A DNA stretch of 52,487 nucleotides, the filler included, from Sphacelaria rigidula (lineage: Eukaryota): assembly GCA_964200075.2 (NCBI GenBank). It is 4 parts of 4 records of this genome, joined end to end, with 100 filler letters (N's around TTAATTAATTAA, not from the genome) between each part and the next. Parts side by side here need not be neighbours in the genome. Positions count along the whole stretch, not along the records: positions 1 to 13,048 come from CAXNAA020003204.1; 3 more parts are not named here. One strand, given 5' to 3'. Shown here piece after piece: positions 1 to 10,542 of this stretch (its first letter is position 1; each line of letters begins with the position of its first letter). The notes beneath the pieces are model-generated. The model was not told the DNA's origin. It ran no database searches and saw only the letters and a list, made by a program, of their open reading frames with translations. The translations under genes and the position numbers were made by a program.

Positions 1-46
1 GGTGTGGGCGTGAGGTTTTGGGGTGTGTTGGTGGGGTGGTGAGGGG

Positions 47-78
<32 letters not shown>

Positions 79-564
79 ATACTCTATAGCAAAGCAGAAG
101 ATGCCACGGGGCCAAAAGTTCCGAACTCAAGTTGACTCAGCTGAGAGAAGCCTGTCGCTGCACTCGGAGTGAGGGCGCATAGCATTTAGAGGGATGGACA
201 AGAGTTGACCGCAACTTATATGAATCGATCTGACTTGGTGAGTAGCAACAGAGGAAACAGCGTTTAACTTGTGGCGTTGCCTGTAGACCACTCCAAACGT
301 CGCAAAGATGAGGTGGGGGGAAATCAAGTCAGCTAACGGGTGTCTATATGCATGAGGTCACTCATGCAGTGATGTAGCTGCCCGCAAAGGTATTCGAAGT
401 GCTTGCCAGCTACTTCTTGGCTCGGGTATCTTGAGGGACTTGAATTATCTTGTTTTTGGATTGTCGAAATTGAGGGGGGGGGATGCCGTGAATCAGATAT
501 ATGATACTCCTGATTTCACTCTCTTCTTCCGATACACGTATAACTCTTATGCGCCGCCCACTAG

Positions 565-696
565 ATAACCTACTGGGATGCTTACGACGGAACTGCCATC
601 AGAGTGATTGAGGGGGGAGACGAAGAGATGAACACCCTAGATGTTGAACCCTCCGGTGAAGCGTTCGTGTCGGGAGGGGACGACGGATTGGTGAAG
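565..696 (+). CDS. CFAP52: Penultimate exon of CFAP52/WDR16-like WD40 flagellar protein
   Basis: AG acceptor at 563-564 and GT donor at 697. The 44 codons read ITYWDAYDGTAIRVIEGGDEEMNTLDVEPSGEAFVSGGDDGLVK, which resembles the CFAP52 C-terminal WD repeats and splices in frame to 1476. Confidence 0.8.
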
Positions 697-910
697 GTAA
701 TATAATAGCTCGCGAAGCAATACACGTTCCTGTTTCTTCCGTTCGAAAATTTCCCGAGACACTTGGCACCACCTATTGACAGCTGTCGAGGTGGACATAG
801 TCGGAATGTCTAGTGACTGCGATCTACCTTGATGCATTGTGAAGTTGAAATACGTTGTTCACTCCTGTGAAACCAAACCATGTCAGTCGCCGAAAGAGCC
901 CTAGAGCAAT

Positions 911-1292
911 GCGCGCGCGCGCGCGTGTGTGTGTGTGTTGCCATCCCATCGATCCATTCTGGACGCCAGTCCACACCCCACACCTTTCGGTATATGTTGG
1001 CGCATTAGCCGGTGTCCCACAGGAGGAAGGTCAATACAGCAGTTGTTTGTTTATATTTTGTTTCGCTACTCTACCTTTCTTGTGCAGTATTTGCCTTGCT
1101 AACCATCGGGAGAGGGGTCCAGCGGTCCCTTTCCCTCATCGACCGTGAGGTCGAATCTTGTGCACCCACGACTAGTCGCTCGCCATTGTTGGGCATGATG
1201 TGAGAAAAAAACAGATCGTGTGACTTCACCGAGATTCGAACCCACGTCCCAACCGGCAGAAAGTGTCGTGGTTACCAACTAAGTCACCGGAG
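911..1292 (-). mobile_element. tRNA-derived SINE (family A), intronic copy
   Basis: The minus strand starts with a tRNA-like head carrying an A box (GGTGACTTAGTTGGT) and B box (GGTTCGAATC) and ends in a (CA)n tail. A homologous copy lies at 40365-40718. Confidence 0.75.
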
Positions 1293-1475
1293 AGATTTAT
1301 GCAATTTTTGCAAAATTCTTCTGTAGGCGGGACACTACGGTACTGCGATATCGAACTTTCAGGCGGTGGGAATTCACGCCAAACGTGTACAATGCTGGAC
1401 AATGACTTGTCCGAAATTGACCCTCGTTGACAACGAGGGTACACTTCCTCAAAATTGATGCTCCCAATCTCGCAG

Positions 1476-1697
1476 GTGTGGCACTACGATGACGGCTTAA
1501 CGACCAACGTCGGTTCGGGACACAGTGGGAAAATCTCGGCCGTACGTATTTCCCCCGATCGACGTATCATCGTCAGCGTTGGAACCGAGGGAGGTATCTT
1601 TATTTGGGATATGCCACCTCCAACCGACATCCGGGGACCAGTGGGAGAAGCCACGGGTACAGAATCGCGGGCACCTGGGCATGGCGAAGACCACTAG
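1476..1697 (+). CDS. CFAP52: Terminal exon of CFAP52/WDR16-like WD40 protein
   Basis: CGCAG acceptor. Reads VWHYDDGLTTNVGSGHSGKISAVRISPDRRIIVSVGTEGGIFIWDMP, a WD40 repeat (GH...WD), then a TAG stop. Confidence 0.8.
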   Translation: MWHYDDGLTTNVGSGHSGKISAVRISPDRRIIVSVGTEGGIFIWDMPPPTDIRGPVGEATGTESRAPGHGEDH

Positions 1698-3148
1698 CTC
1701 AAGATATCTTCGGTTGCGGGGGGAAAGCAGTAGTGATGGCAGAGAGGGGTCTGACTCATGCCGCTCGTCTCCATAATACCATCATTTACTCAACAAAATG
1801 CAGCATCATGGGCAGGAACCGGTTCCCCGAAAAATTTGCATAGCGCGGTAGCGGTTCTCGAACCAGCATCCGGGCTTTCTCGGGTGGTGATGGGAGTTTC
1901 CGATGCGAAGGAATGCGACGCCCCAAGTGTGATCTTACTTCATGCTCTACCTCGTCTCGTATTACCAACGAGGTTATCTTATTAAGCAGATAGCCTGAGG
2001 ATCATGAGCAGTCCGTCGCAGAGCATATCATGAAATGATGGTGTTCCTATGAATTTCCCAACAGCTGAACAGTGTTGCGAATGCCGTGTAAGCGTACGTA
2101 ACTGGAGTTCCTGCACAATGTACATACATGCCTTGCCGGGTGTACATATCCAGCATCGTACTGCTCTCTCATACTACTACTGCTCTTCTACTGCTCTACT
2201 GCTCTACACGATGGTGTTGCGCTGATTTGCTGACTTCAAACTCAAGATAAAGGCTGATTCGCACAAAGACGGGTTTCAAAGTATCAGACAATTACACGAA
2301 TACCGTGTTCATTGACTCACGTACAAACGACACCAGAAAGTAGTGCGAGTCGAGTACTCGATCCAAGGAGCTTCGACTCGCCAGCGCAAGCCATGTATGC
2401 GTGCGGGGTAAACACGGTGCTGCATAATATTGAAACACAGATGTATCTTACACGGCACGACCAGCTGGTGGCATATCGCATTCTTTGATCCTATCAGCAC
2501 GCTTTGGGGTTGAGCGATGACTACTACATGGCTATTAACATAGCTTCCGTGTGCGTATCGTGTCGGTTCCCCGCCGTTAGTGCAGCGTGAGTTCTGTGGA
2601 CTGTGTTCTGGGTTGACATGTTTGTCAGGACTAGAATGGAAAATAACTTTTTCTGGGTTTGTAGAGAAGATGCAAATTCTGCAGCCGCAAAGTCCATTCG
2701 CTGCAAGTTTGTGCGCTACACTTGGCGAAGCCGAGCCGTAGTTCTCAAAGGCCGTTTGTGAATTAGATCATCTCACTGCCATAATCTTATATCAAATCAT
2801 GTGCTTCGTTGAGTTCTTTGACTTTACCGCACTACTGTATCTCTATTTTTACAGGGGTGATAAATAACGTGACATTAAATTAGAAGCAACTGCGCAACGG
2901 TTGCGGGGTCGTGCAGTCGCCGGTTCTGGTCCAGCTCTCTGCTTCACGTCGGGTGGGTAAAACGATAATGTAATGTGTCTATCTCTGTATTTAATTGGCG
3001 GTGTCAACTACCGTTATCGCTAGTTCATATCTACGGCCAGAAGAGGTGCGACGAGAAAGCAGTGTTTCCGTTACGCAGGATGCTACAGGCTAAACCCACG
3101 ATTTGAGGAGGGAAAGTGCCTCCGAGGTAAACAGGTCAAGTAGCAGCA

Positions 3149-3401
3149 GAGTCATGCAACGATAGGGTGGGGAGTCCACGGAAAATGTGCTCATAGGTGC
3201 GTCAAATGACCTAAAGCACTCGCGATGCGCTTGTAGTTGGGAAAAAGCGGTTTAAGGCAGCATTAATGAGCGTCTTTTATCAGGAGCAAGCGCGTTTAAA
3301 CTGTTTTCCTCCTTTCAACGGCGACTGACGTGGAATTTCATGGAAGAAAACGGCCTTAAATACAACCCCCCCCCACCCCCCCTCCTATCGTAGCATGACT
3401 C
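3149..3401. mobile_element. 253-bp MITE with GAG..CTC termini (Sola-like)
   Basis: TIRs GAGTCATGCAACGATAGG and CCTATCGTAGCATGACTC. Flanks AGCA/AGCG form an imperfect 4-bp TSD. Homologous to 41530-41781. Confidence 0.7.
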
Positions 3402-3825
3402 AGCGGAACAAAAAACAAAAGGATGTGCATGTTGCTGGCACCAAGCCTAGGCGAGTAAAACTATGATACAGAATATGGACACCTGTTTCGGCACCCAACT
3501 CATTGTCGTTTGAACGCGTGCCAAAAATACATACTGGGGGAAACATCTGGAATATTGTATGGGATTTCCAAGCCATTGGGTATGTGCATATTGGGGATTC
3601 CTCACAGGACGTGAAATTCCGGGAGAGGTGGGCAACGATTTCGTGAAGGGTATTTTCATCACTATTGTTGTTTCATTTTTAATTGCGGAGATGCATGTTA
3701 ATATTTTTCCAGAAATATATTCGTGGTCAAATTGGCCGATCCAATCGACTCCCTTGAAAAAACAGCAGTAATTGTGGCCTTCAAACAATGAGATACTGTT
3801 ATGGGTCGAATTGGGGGGCCTTAGG

Positions 3826-4193
3826 CCCACTTTTATGGCAATGAATCTCGATTTGTACAAATATGAGGACTTCAGCGCGTCGACAGGTGATTTTCTCCCG
3901 TGGATTGATTTTTCGGACCCCAGTCCGTTGGGCAATGTTTTTCGGCTAGGTAGCTGTGAGCAAACCAGATCAATTTTCCGATTTTTGGGGCGTTGACTTT
4001 CGATACATCACCGTTCTGCTGATATCGGGACATTCCCGCATCTCCCCCGATTATTTCATTTGCTCACAGCTAGCCGAAAAACAGTGCCCAATGGACTGGG
4101 ATTCGAAAAATCAATCCGCGGGAGAAAATCGCCTGTAGACGGGCTGGAATCCTCATATGTGTACAAATCGAGATTCGTTACCATAAAAGTGGG
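3826..4193. repeat. Long imperfect inverted repeat (foldback), arms about 135-140 bp, spacer about 95 bp
   Basis: 3826-3964 is the imperfect reverse complement of 4059-4193, e.g. CCCACTTTTATGG/CCATAAAAGTGGG, AATCTCGATTTGTACA/TGTACAAATCGAGATT and TAGCTGTGAGCAAA/TTTGCTCACAGCTA. Confidence 0.85.
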
Positions 4194-4951
4194 TCTTACG
4201 ATCAAAAATTCGCCAGACAAGAGAAATAATGATAAACTCAGAGGAATAACGAACACATCAGTAAGTGGTAACATCTATGCCGAGGCCCTCACGAATAGAG
4301 CACACGCTTCCTCACTTATCGACTTGGTTTAGTATGGGGCAGCTGTAGCACTTGAAATACACGGGTACGATAAGTCGATCGCCCATTCCGACCCATAACT
4401 GTACACACCTGTCCTCAGAATATCAGACCAGAATCTCTCAAACGTCGAAGATACTACCGAGCCTCGAGTAGTGAGACCTGTCCATATAAGCGACGCAACG
4501 GGTACAATTAGATGACCATTGCCGCTAGCGATATTCGCCAGTGGGTGTAACCGGTATCGCGTCGTCGGTGTGCGCTTCACTGAACCGTAAAGACGTAGGT
4601 GCACACGTAATTTAAGCAGCACTGACTCATGAAATATGTACGTGCGTGATTCCGCGCATCAGCTGCAGACCTAACCCCCATGCGTAGCCAAAACAGCACA
4701 ATATACTCACAAGTGGGCGATATTTTCTCCATCTGCTCCAGCACACGGAAGCCAACTTGCTCTTCTCCCCACCGACCGTCACAACTCAGTTCCGGCAGCG
4801 CGCGCTATACATCCCTCCGAGCAACGGCATCGTTCAACTGTGGTGGGAGGGTTTCGCAACACTCGGAACGCAAACGTGCTTCTACCATATAGAGTTCGAC
4901 CATCTCAGGCACTCTGGGACCCCCGCAGCGTGGGACAAGCTTTCAGCTCGT

Positions 4952-5902
4952 ATGACCGGGTCCGCCAAGTCGCCATGCGATCATTTCGCAGCGGAGGTAT
5001 TTGCTTCCAGTCCCTTCCTGGTTGATCTCGCCGAATTTATCCGATGTCGCGAGGGCGGAAACGTGAGCCATCTCTTTTCGAGCAAGCCACTCACGCTTCC
5101 TTGCCTCTCATCGGAAGTGTCTGCACGTCTCCAGATGTTCAGCCAAGCGTCGGCAACAAAGAACAAAAGACATTCAAAAAGTAAGTATGGCGGGAAGACA
5201 CAAGGACATCGGCAGCAAACGCGAACCCATGAATCTACTGTAGATTATGCGTATCCGGTTCGGCCGAACTCCGAGAACGTCACCGTGGTAACGACCACCG
5301 AGATTGGTAGCGGTGGCATCTTCACCCGGATTGATTGGTCTCGGGTTCATATCCCATCATCAGAAGACGGCGAAGATCTCGCCGAGGGTGTGCGTTTAGC
5401 AATTTCGTGCCACGCTGCGCTGAACAGACATCGCTCATTCGGGTGTAGCACTGTTAGCACTGCTGATGAGGGTGTACCTCAGGTCGGTGACGAGCCACAA
5501 GATGCGTCGCAGGTGGCATCGACGAGAATCACGGGCTTGATCAACGGGATTGTGAACGGATCGGCCGAGGACGTATACGTGTGTTTATGCATTTGTCTGA
5601 CCATGCTGGAGAAAACACTGTTCAGCATAGCTCACGAAAAGGCCCCGCCACCATCCCAGCTCAACGCAAAGGTCAACGAAGTATATCGGCAACGAGGAGA
5701 TGGGGGTAAGGCACCAATCATTGATTTCGATGTTGACAACAGTGACGCGGGGGGGAATGTGGCAGAAATAGCGGCCGCACCGGCTATGATATTGCGGGAT
5801 CTCATTGCGACCCCGCAGGTGAAGGCGGCGTTGCCCGAGCAGCTTTTGGTGGTTTTGAGGCTTCTGCTGCTTCCGATGGGCTTCAACATACGAAATCTCG
5901 TG
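4952..5902 (+). CDS. ERMARD: ERMARD/C6orf70 (DUF4209)-like protein, exon 1 (start codon tentative)
   Basis: First in-frame ATG of ORF 4757-5911. Ends LRDLIATPQVKAALP...GFNIRNLV at a GT donor (5903). Joined to exon 2 it gives NIRNLV|WHGF, matching the ERMARD LNLRNxxWHGF motif. Confidence 0.7.
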
Positions 5903-6129
5903 GTGGGTTAGAGAGTACGCGAGGTTAGCATTAGGTTCACTTGGCACTCAGTTCTAGCAGACTGATCATCTTTCTAGTGCCTACACAGATACCCAGGTAG
6001 CGTAGAGCTTTGTTTCCGATGGTCGCGTCCGCCAAAGTGACTGTCACCCCGCGCTAGTCACATCGTGTACTGTAGTTGTTGACACCGTTTCGGCATATTC
6101 GTTTCACCCGAACCATTGTTGTTATGCAG

Positions 6130-6744
6130 TGGCATGGTTTTCTGGCACCGACGGAGCTGCCTCGAGAGCTCGCCTCTTTCGTTCTCGTGGTGACCCTGGA
6201 TGTTATTCGGGACGCCCCCATCGCAGAAGAAATGATGACACAACCCCATTACGTTCCGCCCTTCGTGACTCCGGGCTCCTGGGACGAGTGCCACCACTCG
6301 ACTGCTGGCGGCGGGGAGCGCGATCGTAGCGAGGCACAAAGGGTGCAAGTGTCGGGAAGAGACAACATCACTTCACCTCCGATACCTCCATTCCTGTTGC
6401 AAGAAGCGCGCGGCCGTTGCGCGGGGTGGGCCTTGGACTCATTCGATGGCCAGCTGAAGTGTCCTCCGACACTGCGCTCAGCTATGGGGGCGCTTTTGTG
6501 CGACTGCGCGCGGCAAAGGAGAGAACTCGATGACTTACTCCGGCGTTCCGCGTTCGTGCTGCCGGGTCGGGAAGGAATAGCGCTCTATGCGCTTGACGCC
6601 TTGCGGGAGGGACGGGACGTGCTGTGCTTGGTAGCGCTGTTGCCGGTTTTGGAGCATGGGCTTCGGTGTTTGTTTAGTTGCGCAAACGGCTCTCCTGGTC
6701 ATTTATTTGCCCAGCTCCGCCGGTATTACTCAACCTTGGACGGG
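6130..6744 (+). CDS. ERMARD: ERMARD-like protein, exon 2
   Basis: TGCAG acceptor. Reads WHGFLAPTELP...LLPVLEHGLRCLFSCANGSPGHLFAQLRRYYSTLDG. GTGAGT donor at 6745. Confidence 0.75.
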
Positions 6745-7015
6745 GTGAGTGTAACAAGAATGAGCAGGTAGAAGATTTTGGAGCATATAGAAGATTTTCG
6801 CCGATACTAATCGTGATGTCTCGTGACATTGCACTTCTCGACTAGACCACGCTATAGCTAAGTTGGTCAGCGTTGCCCAAGACAACACTCAAATTACCAT
6901 CTTCACGCTTGAGTGTTCTCTGGATGATCGCGTCGAATGGTTTCCGCCCTACCTTCCGACTGCCCATCACTACCGTCGCACGTGCGTGACTTCGTCGTGT
7001 GCTGAAACTCTGCAG

Positions 7016-9286
7016 TTCGGACAGCGTGCAAGACATCAGCTATTGCTAGATCAAGATCTGGCCGGTTGCCCGAATGAATCAAACCTACTCTTGCCTGTTC
7101 TTGGTTCCGGACTGTCAGCTTGCCTCCTGGATATATTCATGATGGATGCAGGCCCTGGATTGCGAGGGAAGGTTGCTCACGCCGAAGTCGATATGTCAAA
7201 CGTGTTTTCTTCCCATTTGACTGCCTCATTCCCTGAAGATGTAGGCTCTCGTAGCGACGGTCACGCCGACCTGGTACTCGTCACTGTCGCTGCATTTCTG
7301 GTGTTGTGTCGAAGATACGATCCTGGCGTCGTATTAATGGTAGAAGATTGCTCTCCTTCTCAACCAAAGTCTTACAGTGGTAGTAATACAAGGGGGCACG
7401 ATAAATATTGTACCAAGAGCAGATTATCACCCCTGCTGGGTGTGACGCAACAATTAGAGCCCTCTGTGCTTGGTTTTGAAGAGGCACTCTCGACATGCGA
7501 AGATCACTTGGGGGCGTGGGTTCCAAGATTTCATCCTCACGAGCTGCTAGAGAACGACATGCAGGCGTGCCAAAGTGAGTTTGAACACCTGGCGCGAATC
7601 CTGGACACGCGAGTTGTGTCTATCGAACGACTTCCCGCAGACAATGACGGCCATGAGGGATCGAGTGCCCTGGCGCGAATGACTGTCATCGTCAACACTG
7701 GATGTTCTACCGCCGCCTATGGCTACGAGGCACTGCAACGGCGAGTTTGTCGTGAGCACGAGAAAGGCATGAGGATGAGTTCTGACAAGACGGAGCAATC
7801 ACGGGCGGAAGACGAGAAGAGCGTGCGCGAGGAGCAGAGATCGTTGACCCTGACGGTGACCGATACGGCACACCGACTAGTGCCACCCATGGGGGTGGGG
7901 AGCGGCGCAATAGGCGCAGGCAAGAAGGCGGAGGGAAAGGGAGGTGTTCTTTCTATAGCACGCAGAGTGAGAACAGCTCTTTGTGCACACAGTGCCCGTA
8001 TAGCCGGTCGGTTTACGCGAATCGTGGAAGCAACGGCGGCAGGTGTGGAGAACGGCGGCAACGAACACGATGGTTCCAGTAAATACCGCGCTGACGAGTC
8101 TTCTCCGACTACGCCAAGTCAGGCTACGGTGCAACTGAGCTGTAATGAGCAAGCTCGAAAACAGCTGTCGCCACCTTTGGTCTTTTCTGAAGTAAAAGCA
8201 GTGTCTTCTTCGGCATTCGCTCCCTACATGCATTCCGAGCGTTGCCTGGATGATACATCAGTTTGTCAACTCGATTGCCTCAACCCTGCCTGTAAAAGTA
8301 CCGCTTGCGGAAACGCGGGGGGTAGCATCGATCATTCGTTCGGAAAAGAGGCATCCCGCATTCGTTTTCCGTCGGAAAGCGAGCGAAGAAAGGTGAACAC
8401 GAACATCGAGAGTCCGGCGCAATTAATGGTTGGCCGACAACAACTTCAACATCAATACAGGGTACTCAAGCGTATCTCTCCACCGACGAACGTAATCAAC
8501 GTGTGCTCTCTACCCCAGATCGGTTGCTTGACAGGACTGTGCAGAGCCAGCGCCGACATCTTGCGAGGTCTAGCGACCCGTGTTTTAGAGCTGGAAAATC
8601 AAGTGACATCGGGCACCGCGAGGTCGGGGCAACGTCGCGCTTATGCTTCTACTCTCATGGTGGCTCCGACCTTGCTGTGTTTCCTCTCGCAGACGATGGC
8701 GACTGTAGAGGCGTTCGTGCGAGAGTGGGATGCGTATCACAGTTCTCTTGTTGTTGTCACTAACGACAAGGAGAGTAGACCCGGTTACGATCCAGTTGAT
8801 GGCCACATTCCCCTAGATGAAGATGACCTCTGGCAGAACACACTACTGAAAGGATTCGATATCGTGCCATCGCAGCGAGCCTACACGGAAGAAGAAGGAA
8901 ACAACGCTGATGCCATTGGCAATCAGCCGCGGTCGGGCGGAAGCGGCAAGTCGATCCGCGACCAACAGCAGAATAAGAAACCAAGTGGTGGTAGTAGCTC
9001 GATGATGGTGGACCAGCTGGCGTTTCTTCGTCGGCTTGCGGCCGTCACCGGATCGCTCGGATTATGCGTTTCAATCCCTGGTGGATCCACTAAGATGACA
9101 AGGGAAAGCACTGGCAACAACGTGGTCAGAAATGAGGATGGAATTAGCTCCTCGAGTACGGCTTCAGCCGTCGGCGGGGTCGGGAGGAAGGGCTATGTCC
9201 AGGCTTTGACGGAGCTCGCTGTGTTTCTCGAAACCAGAGTAGCTGAACGGGGATTTGGTGGAAGCTTAACCGTGCAGGACCTATAA
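7016..9286 (+). CDS. ERMARD: ERMARD-like protein, terminal exon
   Basis: CTGCAG acceptor at 7015. Long ORF containing LLDIFMMDAGPGLRGKVAHAE, equivalent to the second DUF4209 motif (GPRxRDxxxHGE). TAA stop at 9284-9286. Confidence 0.75.
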   Translation, partial: FGQRARHQLLLDQDLAGCPNESNLLLPVLGSGLSACLLDIFMMDAGPGLRGKVAHAEVDMSNVFSSHLTASFPEDVGSRSDGHADLVLVTVAAFLVLCRRYDPGVVLMVEDCSPSQPKSYSGSNTRGHDKYCTKSRLSPLLGVTQQLEPSVLGFEEALSTCEDHLGAWVPRFHPHELLENDMQACQSEFEHLARILDTRVVSIERLPADNDGHEGSSALARMTVIVNTGCSTAAYGYEALQRRVCREHEKGMRMSSDKTEQSRAEDEKSVREEQRSLTLTVTDTAHRLVPPMGVGSGAIGAGKKAEGKGGVLSIARRVRTALCAHSARIAGRFTRIVEATAAGVENGGNEHDGSSKYRADESSPTTPSQATVQLSCNEQARKQLSPPLVFSEVKAVSSSAFAPYMHSERCLDDTSVCQLDCLNPACKSTACGNAGGSIDHSFGKEASRIRFPSESERRKVNTNIESPAQLMVGRQQLQHQYRVLKRISPPTNVINVCSLPQIGCLTGLCRASADILRGLATRVLELENQVTSGTARSGQRRAYASTLMVAPTLLCFLSQTMATVEAFVREWDAYHSSLVVVTNDKESRPGYDPVDGHIPLDEDDLWQNTLLKGFDIVPSQRAYTEEEGNNADAIGNQPRSGGSGKSIRDQQQNKKPSGGSSSMMVDQLAFLRRLAAVTGSLGLCVSIPGGSTKMTRESTGNNVVRNEDGISSSSTASAVGGVGRKGYVQALTELAVFLETRVAERGFGGSLTVQDL

Positions 9287-9460
9287 TACTACTGTAGCAA
9301 TCTCACGAAAAAAGCCTATCCGAATGTTGTCCGTTGGTGTGAAGTGAACATTTTCATGGGGTTCATGTAGGTAACCGAACGAATATGAAGAGGTTATTCT
9401 TCTTTGAGTTTTTCCTGTGTGACACATTTCCCCGTGTGAGTTGGGTTCGTGGATGACCCG

Positions 9461-9540
9461 TGTTGGTGGTGTTGGTGGTGGTGTTGGTGGTGGTGGTGGT
9501 GGTGGTGGTGGTGGAGGAGGAGGAGGAGGAGGAGGAGGAG
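9461..9540 (+). repeat. Compound (GGT)n(GGA)n microsatellite
   Basis: Directly visible trinucleotide runs downstream of the ERMARD-like stop. Confidence 0.95.
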
Positions 9541-10542
9541 AAAGAGGAGTCGTGGATGAGGGAAACGAACACAACGATCGGGCCTGGGAATGAACTGACT
9601 GATGTGGTGGGTAACACTCTGGTGCGAGATAAATATTGTTTAGTATCTTGTGCCCTAAGCAGCCTTTGCTCTCAGGCGCTGCTGCAGGCGAGGTTGTCCC
9701 GACTCATCGCCCCAACTCGATAGGTACAGACGTATACGAGCTGGTCCAGCCTAGAAGAGGATTTTCAGTTTGCAGGCCCCGCCTCACCTCAATTTTTAGA
9801 GTTGGACCTTGAAATTTGGTATGGGGGTCGAATAGAGCATAATGAAACAGAACATCATCGGGCCCAACGCCTTTTTCTTGATAGGTGAAGGCATTTCACT
9901 GAAAACTAAAAAAATGATGATTGCCTGTAACTCATGATAGAAGAAAAAAAAATGGGTCCGATGATATCTTTTGTAGGGCAATAGACAAAGGGGCGTACAG
10001 TCCACCATAATTCAGCCAAAACGTTGGTACAGATACCGTGCAAGTTGGAGCTGCCCATGCCAGGCCCAAACCACTCAAAACTAAATTCCCACGCGAAGGC
10101 AAGGCGCCCACAGCCCATGCAGAACATGCGCACCAACTTTCGCGGAAAAAGAGCGCAGTTTTTACGGCGGGGCAGCGCCGCGGGGAATAAGGGCTGTGCA
10201 GTGTACCCCGCTTTGTCCGAAAATGGTGTAGAGGTGTACCCCGTAAACACTACAAAAATGATCTCGCGCTCCATCCTGTCCTATGCTGTCTCATATTATG
10301 TTCAAAGTGTACCTCTATTTGACCAACATTGACCTTCCAAAGCCCCCCCCTAACCCCGCTCACGGGATATAACCGACTGGACAAAGAAGTTACTCCAATC
10401 CTTCTTTTACCTCTGTCTACAGCCTGGAAACGCAAGAACCCGTGCTTTTTTTCATCTCTTTTTTCGGCCCGGATAATACGCATTGGAGATCAGCCATCAT
10501 GCGCTGAACGATCATTTCTTTCGTCACAGTCTGGAGACTGGT

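Noticed and set aside
9281..9723. Poly-Pro, poly-Thr/Ser and poly-Val/Glu ORFs
   Set aside because: These are translations of the (GGT)n(GGA)n microsatellite.
9776..10370. Probable non-autonomous repeat with weak inverted similarity (9826-9850 against 10286-10324)
   Set aside because: No clear termini or TSD could be defined.
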